Of a stretch of 64,000 bases of DNA, positions 53,195 to 64,000 are shown in pieces. Each line of letters starts with the position of its first letter. Position 1 is the stretch's first letter. Below the pieces are notes generated by a model. The model worked only from the letters and a program-made list of their open reading frames with translations. It was not told the DNA's origin and did no database searches. Location: contig NC_134033.1 of NCBI RefSeq assembly GCF_964204645.1, positions 4,116,231 through 4,180,230 on the forward strand, in the 5' to 3' direction. A program made the translations under genes and the position numbers. This stretch comes from Tubulanus polymorphus. Lineage: Eukaryota; Animalia; Nemertea.

Positions 53195-55080
53195 AGTAAA
53201 AAAGTCTATTTCTGTCATGAATTCGCCGGTGGGCCGGAGCGCCGTCCTGTGCCCACCGAGCTTACCTCCTCGGTCTCCTGAGAAAACTATACGACAAGTG
53301 TAAATTAAGCGAAGTAACTCACACATTTATAACATTATTACAATACGAAGCCGTTCCGTGAAATAGTCAAACCCGAACTTCATACCACTCGTCATAACCG
53401 GATTAATCGTCCTTGACCGATCAGAGATTACATTCATAATTCCAGGCAAGCAGACGATCGAAACTAATTTGAATCAATGATTTAGGACAAAATTGCGATC
53501 TATATTTAATAATAGCGACCACCTTCCCAAGCCTATAGCTCGACTACTCTCAGGTGCTGTATAAATGTCTCGGACGATTGAACCGGTTACAAGTTGAATT
53601 TACAAGTAATATTTCATTGTCCAGTTTTATGGAATAAGTTTCTTTTATCTGATAAATGGTTTTACATAGGACTCCTCTTAACTCAAATTTGTCAAAACCG
53701 GCAAGTGGAATTATCATTTCAAACTTTAATACAGATTTAGAACCATTACAACAAAAGAATAATCAAGAATATCAATCAGGTTTTTCTAACACCTCAAACA
53801 TTTAACACTGGTCAGAAATTAATTCGAGTTAAGAGGAATGTTAGGAGTCTAATGTATCTGAAATTGCTGTAACGAGGACCAATCTGTTTGATAGATAGGC
53901 TTAAACCCGACCTAACCTAAGTTTCCTATACGAAAAACTGTTAGAAATTCTACTCACCAATTCATGGATTACTTCGATCAGTCTTCTGTTTGTTACTTAG
54001 AAGATATGACATCCAAACATGCTACAGCACCGAGCTCTGTTGGTCCAGGTTGGTAAAGTCCAGCACGCAGACAGCAATCGGGTCTGGAGTAATCGAGGAA
54101 TGTCTGTATTCCAAATATGCATTTGTTGATTTAGTCCGCAGCAGGTATTGACAGCAAACAGGTCCCGAGTAAGAGAAGAAGGCCTGAAGTCCACTGTGTA
54201 TTTGTTGATTAAGTCCAGCACGCAATGACAGCAATCAGAGGAAGTAGAGCTTCTCTGAAAAAAACGTAATGATCACCGTTATGATTTTTAATTTGACTCC
54301 ATACAATCCGTTATATCCAGTATTAAAAAACCTACAAATCTACTCACCACCAATTCAATTCTGTGTGGAGAATCATAGATTATTTTGAAAACAGCGTTGG
54401 TTTAGTCAGCCCCGCGGTATTGGAAGCAATGAGGTCCTCAATGAGGAATGGCTGATCTGAAAAAGAAAACAATTTCATATTTTACAGGTTTCAATTCTGA
54501 CTGATGAATCAATATTCAAATAAAGAAGCCCGAGCCCTTTTAGCTTATAGATTTACAAAATCCCGTTTAAGATTCAACTCACCTAACCTCACGTAAGGAC
54601 TGGACATATATGCGCGTGTATAGTGAATTCAACGTATGTTACGAATGAATCATCAGAATTGGTTCAATTCAAATCCAACACGTATTACATGATTTTAAAA
54701 ACCGAGGACAATAACAGGACGCAATATGAACTGAGTTTGTCATAATGCGGTTCAATGGACACGAGAACCACTGGCTACAAAATACCACTGAACTACAAAC
54801 GCGTGGTTCTATGATAATACGTACCACACCCTCTGTACTATTCTAACAAACTCAAAAATATTCATTTCAAATACAATGAATAAGAAGTGGACCAGTGGGT
54901 ATCAATAATTCATTAGCTGGATTCATTAGCATCGGTCAAATATAAGAAGTGGACCAGTCCTCATTAGAATGCACAAGAAATATCTTAGAACATTTCGCAC
55001 TACATTTCAAAAAATCAAATATCCATTGTGTATGAATTGTCGCTGAATTCGAAGAAAAATCTTAGAACTATTAGCGATAG
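53195..55080 (-). ncRNA. Family X copy 2 (most complete)
   Basis: Matches 19620-19700, 22340-23480 and 47764-48675 in reverse complement. Several splice-like signals are at equivalent positions. Confidence 0.45.
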
Positions 55081-55094
55081 ACTGTTAACTAATG

Positions 55095-55915
55095 CCAGAT
55101 CTAGCTCATTCCCAGACCTAGCTCATTATCAGACCTAGCTCATTCTCAGAACTAGATCATTCCCGCCAGACCTAGCTCATTCCCAGACCTAGCTCATTCC
55201 CAGACCTAGCTCATTCCCAGACCTAGCTCATTATCAGACCTAGCTCATTCTCAGAACTAGATCATTCCCAGACCTAGCTCATTCCCAGACCTAGCTCATT
55301 CCCAGGCCTAGCTCATTCCCAGACCTAGCTCATTCCCAGACCTAGCTCATTCCCACCACACCTAGCTCATTATCAGACCTAGCTCATTATCAGACCTAGC
55401 TCATTATCAGACCTAGCTCATTCCCGCCAGACCTGGCTCATTATCAGACCTAGCTCATTCCCGACGGACCTAACTCATTCCCAGACCTAGCTCATTCCCG
55501 CCAGACCTAGCTCATTATCAGACCTAGCTCATTCCCGCCAGACCTAGCTCATTATCAGACCAAGCTCATTCCTAGACCTAGTTCATTCTCAGACCTAGCT
55601 CATTCTCAGACCTAGCTCATTCCCGCCAGACCTAGCTCATTATCAGACCTAGTTCATTCTCAGACCTAGCTCATTCTGAGACCTAGCTCATTCCCGCCAG
55701 ACCTAGCTCATTATCAGACCTAGTTCATTCTCAGACCTAGCTCATTCTGAGACCTAGCTCATTCCCGACGGACCTAGCTCATTATCGGACCTAGCTCATT
55801 CCCGTCAGACCTAGCTCATTATCGGACCTAGCTCATTCCCGCCAGACCTAGCTCATTATCAGACCTAGTTCATTCTCAGACCTAGCTCATTCTTAGACCT
55901 AGCTCATCCCGCCAG
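55095..55915. repeat. 17/20-bp minisatellite (ccagacctagctcattc), roughly 45 units
   Basis: Directly visible, with variant units -attat, -attct and -attcccg. Confidence 0.97.
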
Positions 55916-56514
55916 CCCACGAATTGTCATCGCGGGACAAAACGAAAAAATTCCGTTTTATCGCGAAAATGAACCCACAACATTTCGGTTTTTACTGACA
56001 GCCATCATCAGGAATCTGTTAGAAATAAAGAGATGTTGCGCACGTAATGTCGCGCTAGAGAGTCGCCATATACGTAAACAAAAAAAAAGAAGATAACCAC
56101 AGTATTTACGAACGTTCTTAGTTAAGTTCGACTCCCAGAGTAAAGATCAGTATTTCGATACATGGATTGTCAATGTTCGAACTCAGTATGCTCGCGTTCC
56201 CAGCGGTACATGCAGTTCTCAATGTTCTCTGGCGGTTCTCAATGAAAGTTCTGTTCTGATTGGTGTAATAGGCCAAAAACACCGGGGTGCCTTTTGCTCA
56301 AAAGTTGATTACATTTAACCAATGGATAGTCAGGCGTCCCGAGGAATTTTCATAGGGGGTTCAAATTAGCATCGATCCAGCATCCGAGCACAATGTCTGG
56401 TGTTTAGTGGACATCCCCCTCAGTTTACTGGCCCCGGAATGTTCTCTCTCCTCTCCGATGACGAACTAATGAGAAATACACGTCTTGTCTTTCGTAAATT
56501 TGTATTTATTGATA

Positions 56515-57966
56515 TCAGTCAGTATCGGGAGTCCTTTGAATGCAAACTGCTGGCTGCTGAACACCGAAATCTTGGTAATCCAAATCTACAAAAAAAAAAT
56601 CAATTGAAAATCAACATACCGGTACGTGAACTGAACAGAGCAAGGCGCATCTTTGAACGATGGGCGTAGGTCGACCTTGCGATGCGACGCGATCGTCGCG
56701 TTGCGTCACAAGTGGCTGCACAAGTCGGTTGCGACGCGATTGTCAGCGACCGTGTGCGACTAGTTGCTCTCCAGTCGCAAGAGCGCGTTGATCGGTTGCG
56801 ATGGTCGCGTCGCGTCGCAGAAAGTAGAACATGTGCGACTGACTCATTGCGACTGGCGTTGCTGGCAGTCGCAACCCGTCGTTGGCAGTCGCAAGGTAGC
56901 GTAGGTCGGTTGGTCGCTGGCGGTTGCAGTAAGTCGCGTCGCAGTGAGTCGCAAGCCGTCGCAAGGCCGACCTACGCCCGGCTTTAGATAGCTGGGCGTA
57001 GGTCGGTCGTATTTGGCGGCGTAGTAATTAAGAATGGTATTTCCATCGAAATTGTGTTAAATCGGGTGGTAGATTTCTGACGGATCCCTGTAAGATCCGC
57101 CAACACTCACTCCAGCCGGTAGTACGGCCGATGACGTCGTAATTGAAGATGGACTTGACCTTGACCTCGATGACGCCGTCTGCGGGTACGTTCTTCATGA
57201 TGAAGAACGCGCCGTATTTGGCGCGTTCGGTCGTTCGCCACGCCTCTTCTCCCGGCCATCGGTAATTCACTTCGTAAATGGCATTTCTAAAGATAAAAAG
57301 AAAACTGACTTGAAAATTTATTGACGTCTTGAAGAATAACCCACATATTGCTCGATATTGTCGACAACGAATGATATACTATGAATGATATATTATCAAG
57401 GATCAAAAAAGTTATTTCTAATTTGAATATATCGACAATATTGAACGCCAACCAGTCCAGCCCCAATATCAATGACGTAGTACACACATCCACTCCCACA
57501 ATATCCCGATTACCATTAAAATTCGCTATCATAAAGTTCATCTTAGTTCTATAACCAATGCAATAACTTAAGGCTAGTCTCAAGATTTAGGAACACTTGT
57601 ACTCAAGGTACGATGCGCAACTGATCCCGGAACGCCCCAAAACTTTTGTTGTAAAAATCTTCTTTCTTTGAATATGCTTCTACGTAAAAAATAAAACGCA
57701 CAGTTATATGAAGAAAAGTCTATTTTCTAACTGCTTCGGATTACTCCTAAAACTCCATCATCAAAGAAACTAAAAACAAAAATGCTTCTACGTGCATCCC
57801 TCGGAAGAACTATTTCCATACCTGTAATTGTGAAATGTTAATTGCGTCCAGAATTTGTTTTTTTCGGTGAATCGGTACTGTATGTTACCGCGAACAGGAC
57901 ACGGCACCATTTTCCACGAATTCGGGATCCAGCCCGACGGAAGCTGCATCGCGATATCGAAACCAC
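56515..57966 (-). CDS. Expansin-like protein (EXLX/YoaJ type), last three coding exons 57966-57822, 57286-57111, 56585-56515
   Basis: Phase-compatible GT-AG splicing gives GFDIAMQLPSGWIPNSWKMVPCPVRGNIQYRFTEKNKFWTQLTFHNYR|NAIYEVNYRWPGEEAWRTTERAKYGAFFIMKNVPADGVIEVKVKSIFNYDVIGRTTGW|NLDYQDFGVQQPAVCIQRTPDTD*. AATAAA at 56510-56505. Fits the end of a DPBB domain plus CBM63. The acceptor could alternatively be at 57997. Confidence 0.82.
56662..56985. mobile_element. GC-rich palindromic MITE in the last expansin intron
   Basis: TIRs gggcgtaggtcgaccttgcga / tcgcaaggccgacctacgccc with tgcgac/gtcgca subrepeats. An extra TIR stub lies at 56991-57006. Confidence 0.8.
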
Positions 57967-58563
57967 CTTCAACAAAAACGAAATAAACATCATCGATCTA
58001 TAAAACCAGGGACGTCTCATTACATTTCCCTGATAAAACCAACGAGGGATTTCTGGTTAATTTTATGGGCCCAAGAGACCGGTTCCGTAGTCAGGACTTC
58101 AGACCAAAAGTGGTCATAACCCTTTGGTGCCCAACCGTTTTTCCCTCAAAAGGTCTTTTGTGCCCAAGGTATATGGCCGATGCAATTAAACAACGAGCTA
58201 GGATACTACTAAAATCATCATAACTTTTTAAATTATGAAGATAGACAGATAATCTTTACACCAAATGAAAGGTAACTTTCACAGCTATCAGATAATGCAG
58301 AATAACATATTCCATATATATGATTACCCCAAAAATAATGACAAATCACACCTCATAAAAATTTTTAAACTTCATGAAGAAAATACAATATTTTTTGGCA
58401 AAAGTATATCTAAATGTCAAATAAAGAAACAAATCACACAAAATGGTATATTTCCTAAGTTATATCCAAAAATCAAGCCATTTCCTCAATAAAGAAAAGG
58501 GTTAAACCTTAACACTGGTCTTAAATTATTAGATTGGCTATAGAATTAAGTTTGTCTTGGAAC

Positions 58564-61500
58564 TGTTGTGGAGTTGCTTTCGGTTCTCCAACAATGTTGC
58601 GGGGTTGAATTTCTCAACCAATTGTTGTGGGGGCCACGTTGCGTTCTCCCCTCGTGTTGTCGTTGTTGGTTCCGATTAATCCGATAAGTGATATCCCTCT
58701 GACTCCAGAATAATAACAACTCATCTCGTGGGTCTACGTTCTTTCTTTATTTTCCCGCACAATTCTTATTCCTTCCTACAGCTCGTATTTTTAGGCTTCT
58801 TCGCCACTCTCGCATCTCTCTTCCCCTTACTGTGCTGACCCTCCCTTTTAATCTTATTTCATGTTACTCGTGACGTATACTTCTACATATGTTATACGTC
58901 ACGAGTTTATTACTTGTTTACTTCCTAGCCATACCAGAGCTCAAGGCTGCCGCTATAACCAGCAACCCTGCGCAGATACTCACGTCACTTTCACCTATCT
59001 TCTATTCAGTGTCTTGTGTGCGACGTAAGCATCTACGTAGGTTGTTTACTAACTTCAGCCACTGCCCTGAACTCTGGCTTCCCTCCCTCTATGCAAACTA
59101 CTAATTTATCACCCCAATACTATCCTCCTCCCCAGACGATTGGTCCCCAATCGCCAAAAATTCACAAGACCCTATTGTAGTTTCCCAAAAAAAAAAAAAT
59201 CTTTTCAAAAGTGCACAGGCTTCAGAACATCATTTATAAGCAACATCTCTTACAACTTAAAGCCAGCCGCAGGGTAATGAAAATTACACAAAACCTTCAG
59301 AACATCAAGACTAATGATACACAACCACCATTCCGTACATCAATTTACAACACCTGTAAAGTAGACATAAATCACAATTTCTGACCCTTTCCCCTATTAT
59401 CCAATCCTACATCAAACTTCCACCTAAACTAAGCAACACACCCCACTCATCATCAGTTCATCTTATTCATCAACGAGACCTACATGGACCTCATAGAATT
59501 TTAAGATAAGCCAAAAAAATTTCTAAATACTTATAAACTTAACACACGAACTTTATCTAAGGGAAAGCAATCATCTACAAATATCAAATATGAGACTCTT
59601 TTCATCAGTAATATATAACAATTATGAGGCATGTACATCTGTATATTGATCTTACATTTAATGAGAACAAGCCTATACAATTGTAGTCATGCAAAAAAAA
59701 CATATCAAACACAACTTCCCAAATAGCTTTCATAGACAATCACCCATTTCTCTATATCCACATTTATGTAGTCTAATAATTTAACAATATATGACCAACC
59801 ACTTCAACTTTCTGACTCTTCTCGTTCTCGTTATCTTTACCAAAAAAAATAATCAGTGTGTGCAGCCTAATTTGTCTTTAAAATTACCATTGCAAACACG
59901 TCAATTTCCCACTGTCCAAACTATCAGCCGTTACCTTAACCGATATCAGATGATTTGTCAAACCTGTCCCGACCCCAATCAACGACGTAAATTAATACAG
60001 ATGCCAGATACATCATTTAGTTGATTATTATGTGCCCAGCACACGTTGGCAACAGACATGCTCAACAATGAATTCACAAACAATTTCATAATAATTTTTC
60101 TATGTGTACGTAACATAAAGGTAAGCCAAAACATACCAAAAATGAATATACCGCATGCGTACATTCGCATTATTGAGATGTCAGCTGCTAGTCCCCACCC
60201 ATTGCCTCAGAAAGCACATTTATCCGTAGTCTAGGCAGGGATAACATGAACTGCTATTTGCGGCTTGGAACCGTTGAAATAGACAGGCAGGCCGCCATAT
60301 ATTTATGGAAGGATGTCATAAAGTGACCACAAAACTCATTAAGATGCATCACCCAAAAGTTAGGGAAAATTCCTCTGGACACTACTCATTCAGTGCCATT
60401 CAAACAGCCGATTCTCAAAAATTAACTTTAACTCCTGGGCCTATGGTCTTCCAAACCACCCACATCTGATATTCGAATTGTTCTAATTCCTTCCCGCAAA
60501 TCAGGGGATATAACCCCACATGTAAAACGGCCGACGCATCATCCTGTATATAAACCGGTCAGGACGGACTGAAAGTTCGGAAAAAAACATAGCGCTCACA
60601 CATCCTTGCAATCAACGACCATTCAGTTAAGATACCCAATCTACCGAATAATACTTATCATACTTATTGTATTACGCAATGAGCAAACCTTTACTTCTAA
60701 AAACCCAATCCCCTGAATGGCCATTTCAGCATACCTAACAAATAGCTGTATCGTGACATTTCTCATTTCCGTATCATCCCCGATGTCACGCCTTACCGGA
60801 GTAAATAAAATCTATGGATAAATAGGGAACCGGCCGACGAATCACCCATTTGGTATTTCTTGATATTCGACCCTAATTATGCCCAACATATATATCCAAT
60901 CTCTCCCAGAGGCTAGCCACTAAACATTATACTGTTTCAAAGGATCTTCAGAATTCATCCTTCGGGCTCTAATCCCCCGTATTATTCCGGACCACCCCCA
61001 GAGCATCCCTTACTCTTCATCCAGGTCCCTGGTCCACCTTAATTCATCTCATATAAGCAACTCTATTCAAACCCCCTCCGGTAAGATTCACCACTGAGCG
61101 CCCAATCTAACCTTTGCACAATAAACATATTCTATACTAACTCGCGATACTCATTATATTTCTTAAAACCACATAAACACCACAGTTATTTGTTAGGTAT
61201 ATACAGGCAGTGAGCGCTTTCAACTATCGTTACACTGATAACCGAGTGGCTTACCTAGACTATTAAATCATTCTTTCGCGAAATACCATCCAGCAAATTT
61301 AGCAAACTATAAAAGATTTACGTAGTGCATATTTATATCTACGTAGATACAATAACCCAGCACACAAGCAACTTAAAAACGCTGAGTATCATTCTACAAA
61401 AGCAATCAAAACATGCAGAAATACATATCATATTATTTACAATTACTATAAGCCGCAATCGTAGTCCGTTGAACGTCTCCAAGGTCGATTTCCCGTAGCA

Positions 61501-62617
61501 GATCTATGAACTGTCCGATGATGAAATGCGTTTGTATAATGCCTCTAATACTCTACTGTTTTTCATTTATCGCGTTACGATCGCAGAATCGCTTCGTTTC
61601 CGAACGCCATTATGTCCGTTAATTCACACGAATCTAAATTCGGAGTCGTAAATTCAATTTGCTGCTATGTAAAACGTAGTGTCCAAAACACGATCTTACG
61701 AAAACGCCACACCAAATCGGATAATTCAATTAATTTAAATATGGAAAGAAACAACTACTTTCCGCACTGGAAGCTCTATAATTCATTTCAACTGAATCTG
61801 ACGATATGAAGATTACATATTTCTCGAATAAGACAAACAAACAGCTATTAAATCCAGACGGGAATGATTTTTATACACAGATCGAGTTATCCGCAATATT
61901 TCCACTTAACCCGCGGTAGCGGCCCGTATTTCATATAATTATAACGGTTACGGAATGTAACGTTCATCTTACACTTTTACTTCACCCCTGCTCACTCACC
62001 AAATATACACGATCGCTTGGCAGCGAGAGGTGCAGGATACACCACTGTTCTCCACCAATGTTGTGGGGTTGCTTTCGGTTCTCCAACAATGTTGTGGAGT
62101 TGAGTTTCTCAACCAATTGTTGTGGGGGCCACGTTGCGTTCTCCCCTCGTGTTGTCGTTGTTGGTTCCGATTAATCCGATAAGTGATATCCCTCTGACTC
62201 CGGAATAATAACAACTCTTCTCGTGGGTCTACGTTCTTTCTTTATTTTCCCGCTCAATTCTTATTCCTTCCTACAGCTCGTATTTTTAGGCTTCTCCGCC
62301 ACTCTAGCATCTCTCTCCCCCTTACTGTGCTGACCCTCCCTTTTTATCTTATTTCATGTTATTCGTGACGTATACTTCTACATATGTTATACCGTCACGA
62401 GTTAATTATACTTGTTTACTTCCTAGCCATACCAGAGCTCAAGGCTGCCGCTATAACCAGCAACCCTACGCAGATAGTCACGTCACTTTCACCTATCTTC
62501 TATTCAGTGTCTTGTGTGCGACGTAAGCATCTACGTAGGTTGTTTACTAACTTCAGCCACTGCCCTGAACTCTGGCTTCCCTCCCTCTATGCAAACTACT
62601 AATTTATCACCCCAATA
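58564..62617 (-). mobile_element. Non-autonomous LTR retroelement (LARD/TRIM-like)
   Basis: Near-identical ~556-bp LTRs at 58564-59119 and 62059-62617. PBS TGGTGGAGAA (tRNA-Ala-like) at 62057-62048. PPT GGGGAGGAGGATAG next to the 3' LTR. Flanks GGAAC/GAAAC form an imperfect TSD. No internal ORF over 80 aa. Confidence 0.88.
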
Positions 62618-62971
62618 GAAACACATTCAGAAACACTATCTAATTTGTTGGGTTGTTCGGATGAATTCTTCAAATCATGGATAATATATCAATTCGATGA
62701 TAAAATGAATATAGATAATTATGGTGAATACTTTCATATTGATCACGTGTTGCCGATTTCTAAATTTGATATGAGTGATGATTATAATAAGAAGCTAATC
62801 TGGAACTGGAGAAATTTAAGGCCTTTAGAAAAGAAGGAAAACATTATTAAATCCAATAAACTAGATTTACAGTTATATTTAGATCAACTGGATAAAGCAA
62901 AGACATTTGTTGAATTATGGAATAGTATTTCACAGAATCAACCGCATTCTGAGGTTTTGATCAGTGGTTAG
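62618..62971 (+). CDS. HNH / endonuclease VII-like ORF of the large-DNA-virus/Polinton type, 5'-truncated at the LTR
   Basis: LLGC..FFKSWI.YQF...M...NYGEYFHIDHVLPISKF...NWRNLRPL.K.EN..K. Confidence 0.72.
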   Translation, partial: ETHSETLSNLLGCSDEFFKSWIIYQFDDKMNIDNYGEYFHIDHVLPISKFDMSDDYNKKLIWNWRNLRPLEKKENIIKSNKLDLQLYLDQLDKAKTFVELWNSISQNQPHSEVLISG

Positions 62972-63319
62972 AAAGCTGGCAATTCTATTTGAGCTTTGTA
63001 TGTATATAATACATAGCTTTTGCTTACTACTAAAACATATGTTGCCAAATATATCTTGTTTTCAATTCTAAAGAATTAATTAACTTCATCATAAAGAACA
63101 TCTGTGCAGAAGTAATTAGTTTGGTCGAACGTGCGCCACGTTAGCAGTTAGAAATCAACTTTCACATACATGGTACGTATTGGATATTCTCTCTCAAAAC
63201 ACAGTTTACAGTTCTAAATCTAAATGTAAGTACCGTTTTTTGTAGTTATTATGAAGTAGGGAAACCTTTAAACATATTTAAGTATAGTAATTCATTTTCA
63301 CGATATCTTTTAGATTAAA

Positions 63320-64000
63320 ATGGAACACAAAGATCAACCAGAAATTCTAAGCCAACCAACGGATGAGGAACGATTGCTACTGGATAGTGAAACTCAGGAA
63401 TCAATAGAAATGGAGGATGAAACTCTCATAATTGACGAACAAACTTCACAAAAATTACAAGAACATTTGGACTATCATCAAGAAATGGTGAAAATTCTGA
63501 GTGATGTAATACATAATAAACAATTACCGCGCGAACTACAATTACCAAAATTACCAGCAACGCGACTTAAATTGCTGTTGGGACTCAAAGAATCGAAAAC
63601 TAAGAAAATGAGTGGAGAAGAGTTGAACGAGTTTTTAAAATCTAAATTAATCATTGACACAGGACATTTAAACTTTCCGGAAATACAAAGTGTAGAAGTT
63701 ATTTCATTTGCTGAAATTACTGATATCTTAAAAAAAAGTTATAAAACCATATTAAATAGAAAAGCAAATCACCTATGGGACCACATCATTTTCGGGGGTT
63801 ATCTAAATATAGGGTTTTCAATGTTTGATAAAGAAACTGAGGGGATTTCTTGGGGACTGTGGGTTAAAAAGAACATAGATATCAGTGCTGGTTTTGAAAG
63901 AAAACTGAGAAGAGTAGGTAGATTAATGAAATATGAAAAATTCAAAATATTAGGATTAGCATTTAGTGAAGTAGTAAGACATTTACCAGAAATTGAAGAA
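63320..64000 (+). CDS. Intronless ORF of at least 227 aa (open to the right edge), virus/Polinton-accessory-like, unknown function
   Basis: Hand translation MEHKDQPEILSQPTDEERLLL...FGGYLNIGF...SWGLWVKKNIDISAGFERKLRRVGRLMKYEKFKILGLAFSEV. Missing from the ORF track because it has no stop. Confidence 0.65.
   Translation, partial: MEHKDQPEILSQPTDEERLLLDSETQESIEMEDETLIIDEQTSQKLQEHLDYHQEMVKILSDVIHNKQLPRELQLPKLPATRLKLLLGLKESKTKKMSGEELNEFLKSKLIIDTGHLNFPEIQSVEVISFAEITDILKKSYKTILNRKANHLWDHIIFGGYLNIGFSMFDKETEGISWGLWVKKNIDISAGFERKLRRVGRLMKYEKFKILGLAFSEVVRHLPEIEE

Noticed and set aside
57028-57270. Fibronectin type III reading of the 80-aa ORF
   Set aside because: It is superficially FN3-like, but in-phase splicing to the WKMVPCPVRGNIQYRF and DFGVQ exons fits an expansin CBM63 much better.
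57287-57583. ORF containing NFNGNRDIVGVDV, resembling a plant expansin motif
   Set aside because: It lies in the intron, lacks supporting splice sites, and partly matches a short repeat found inverted at 58503-58550.
59979-60090. MKLFVNSLLSMSVANVCWA as the expansin signal-peptide exon
   Set aside because: It is inside the LTR element, has no convincing donor, and no DPBB exons link it to the gene.

Overview
AT-rich animal genomic DNA with spliceosomal introns, probably a lophotrochozoan or other marine invertebrate (inferred). (1) 3.3-39.1 kb: a head-to-tail, minus-strand array of four 3-exon paralogs of a ~1,950-aa GRL101/LGR-type receptor. The architecture is signal peptide, CUB/CUB-like, C-type lectin, ~7 LDLa, LRR, rhodopsin 7TM. 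Each copy has a different disabling lesion (BEL/Pao insertion, nonsense codons, frameshifts). The LDLa/LRR/7TM parts are near-identical, while the ectodomain has patchwork hypervariable segments. (2) The last two exons of RCC1L (WBSCR16) lie on the plus strand directly beside the array, with no upstream exons found in the window. (3) Three spliced 3' exons at 56.5-58.0 kb, split in the ORF track, encode a microbial-type expansin (EXLX1/YoaJ-like). (4) A dispersed, apparently non-coding family with exon-like segments, a 66-bp invariant block and a repeated internal motif. (5) Many mobile elements: BEL/Pao, an RTE-X-like LINE, an L2 fragment, a MULE-like element with a 9-bp TSD, MITEs, SINEs, a non-coding LTR element, and virus/Polinton-like ORFs at the right edge. 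All calls come from manual reading; no searches were run.
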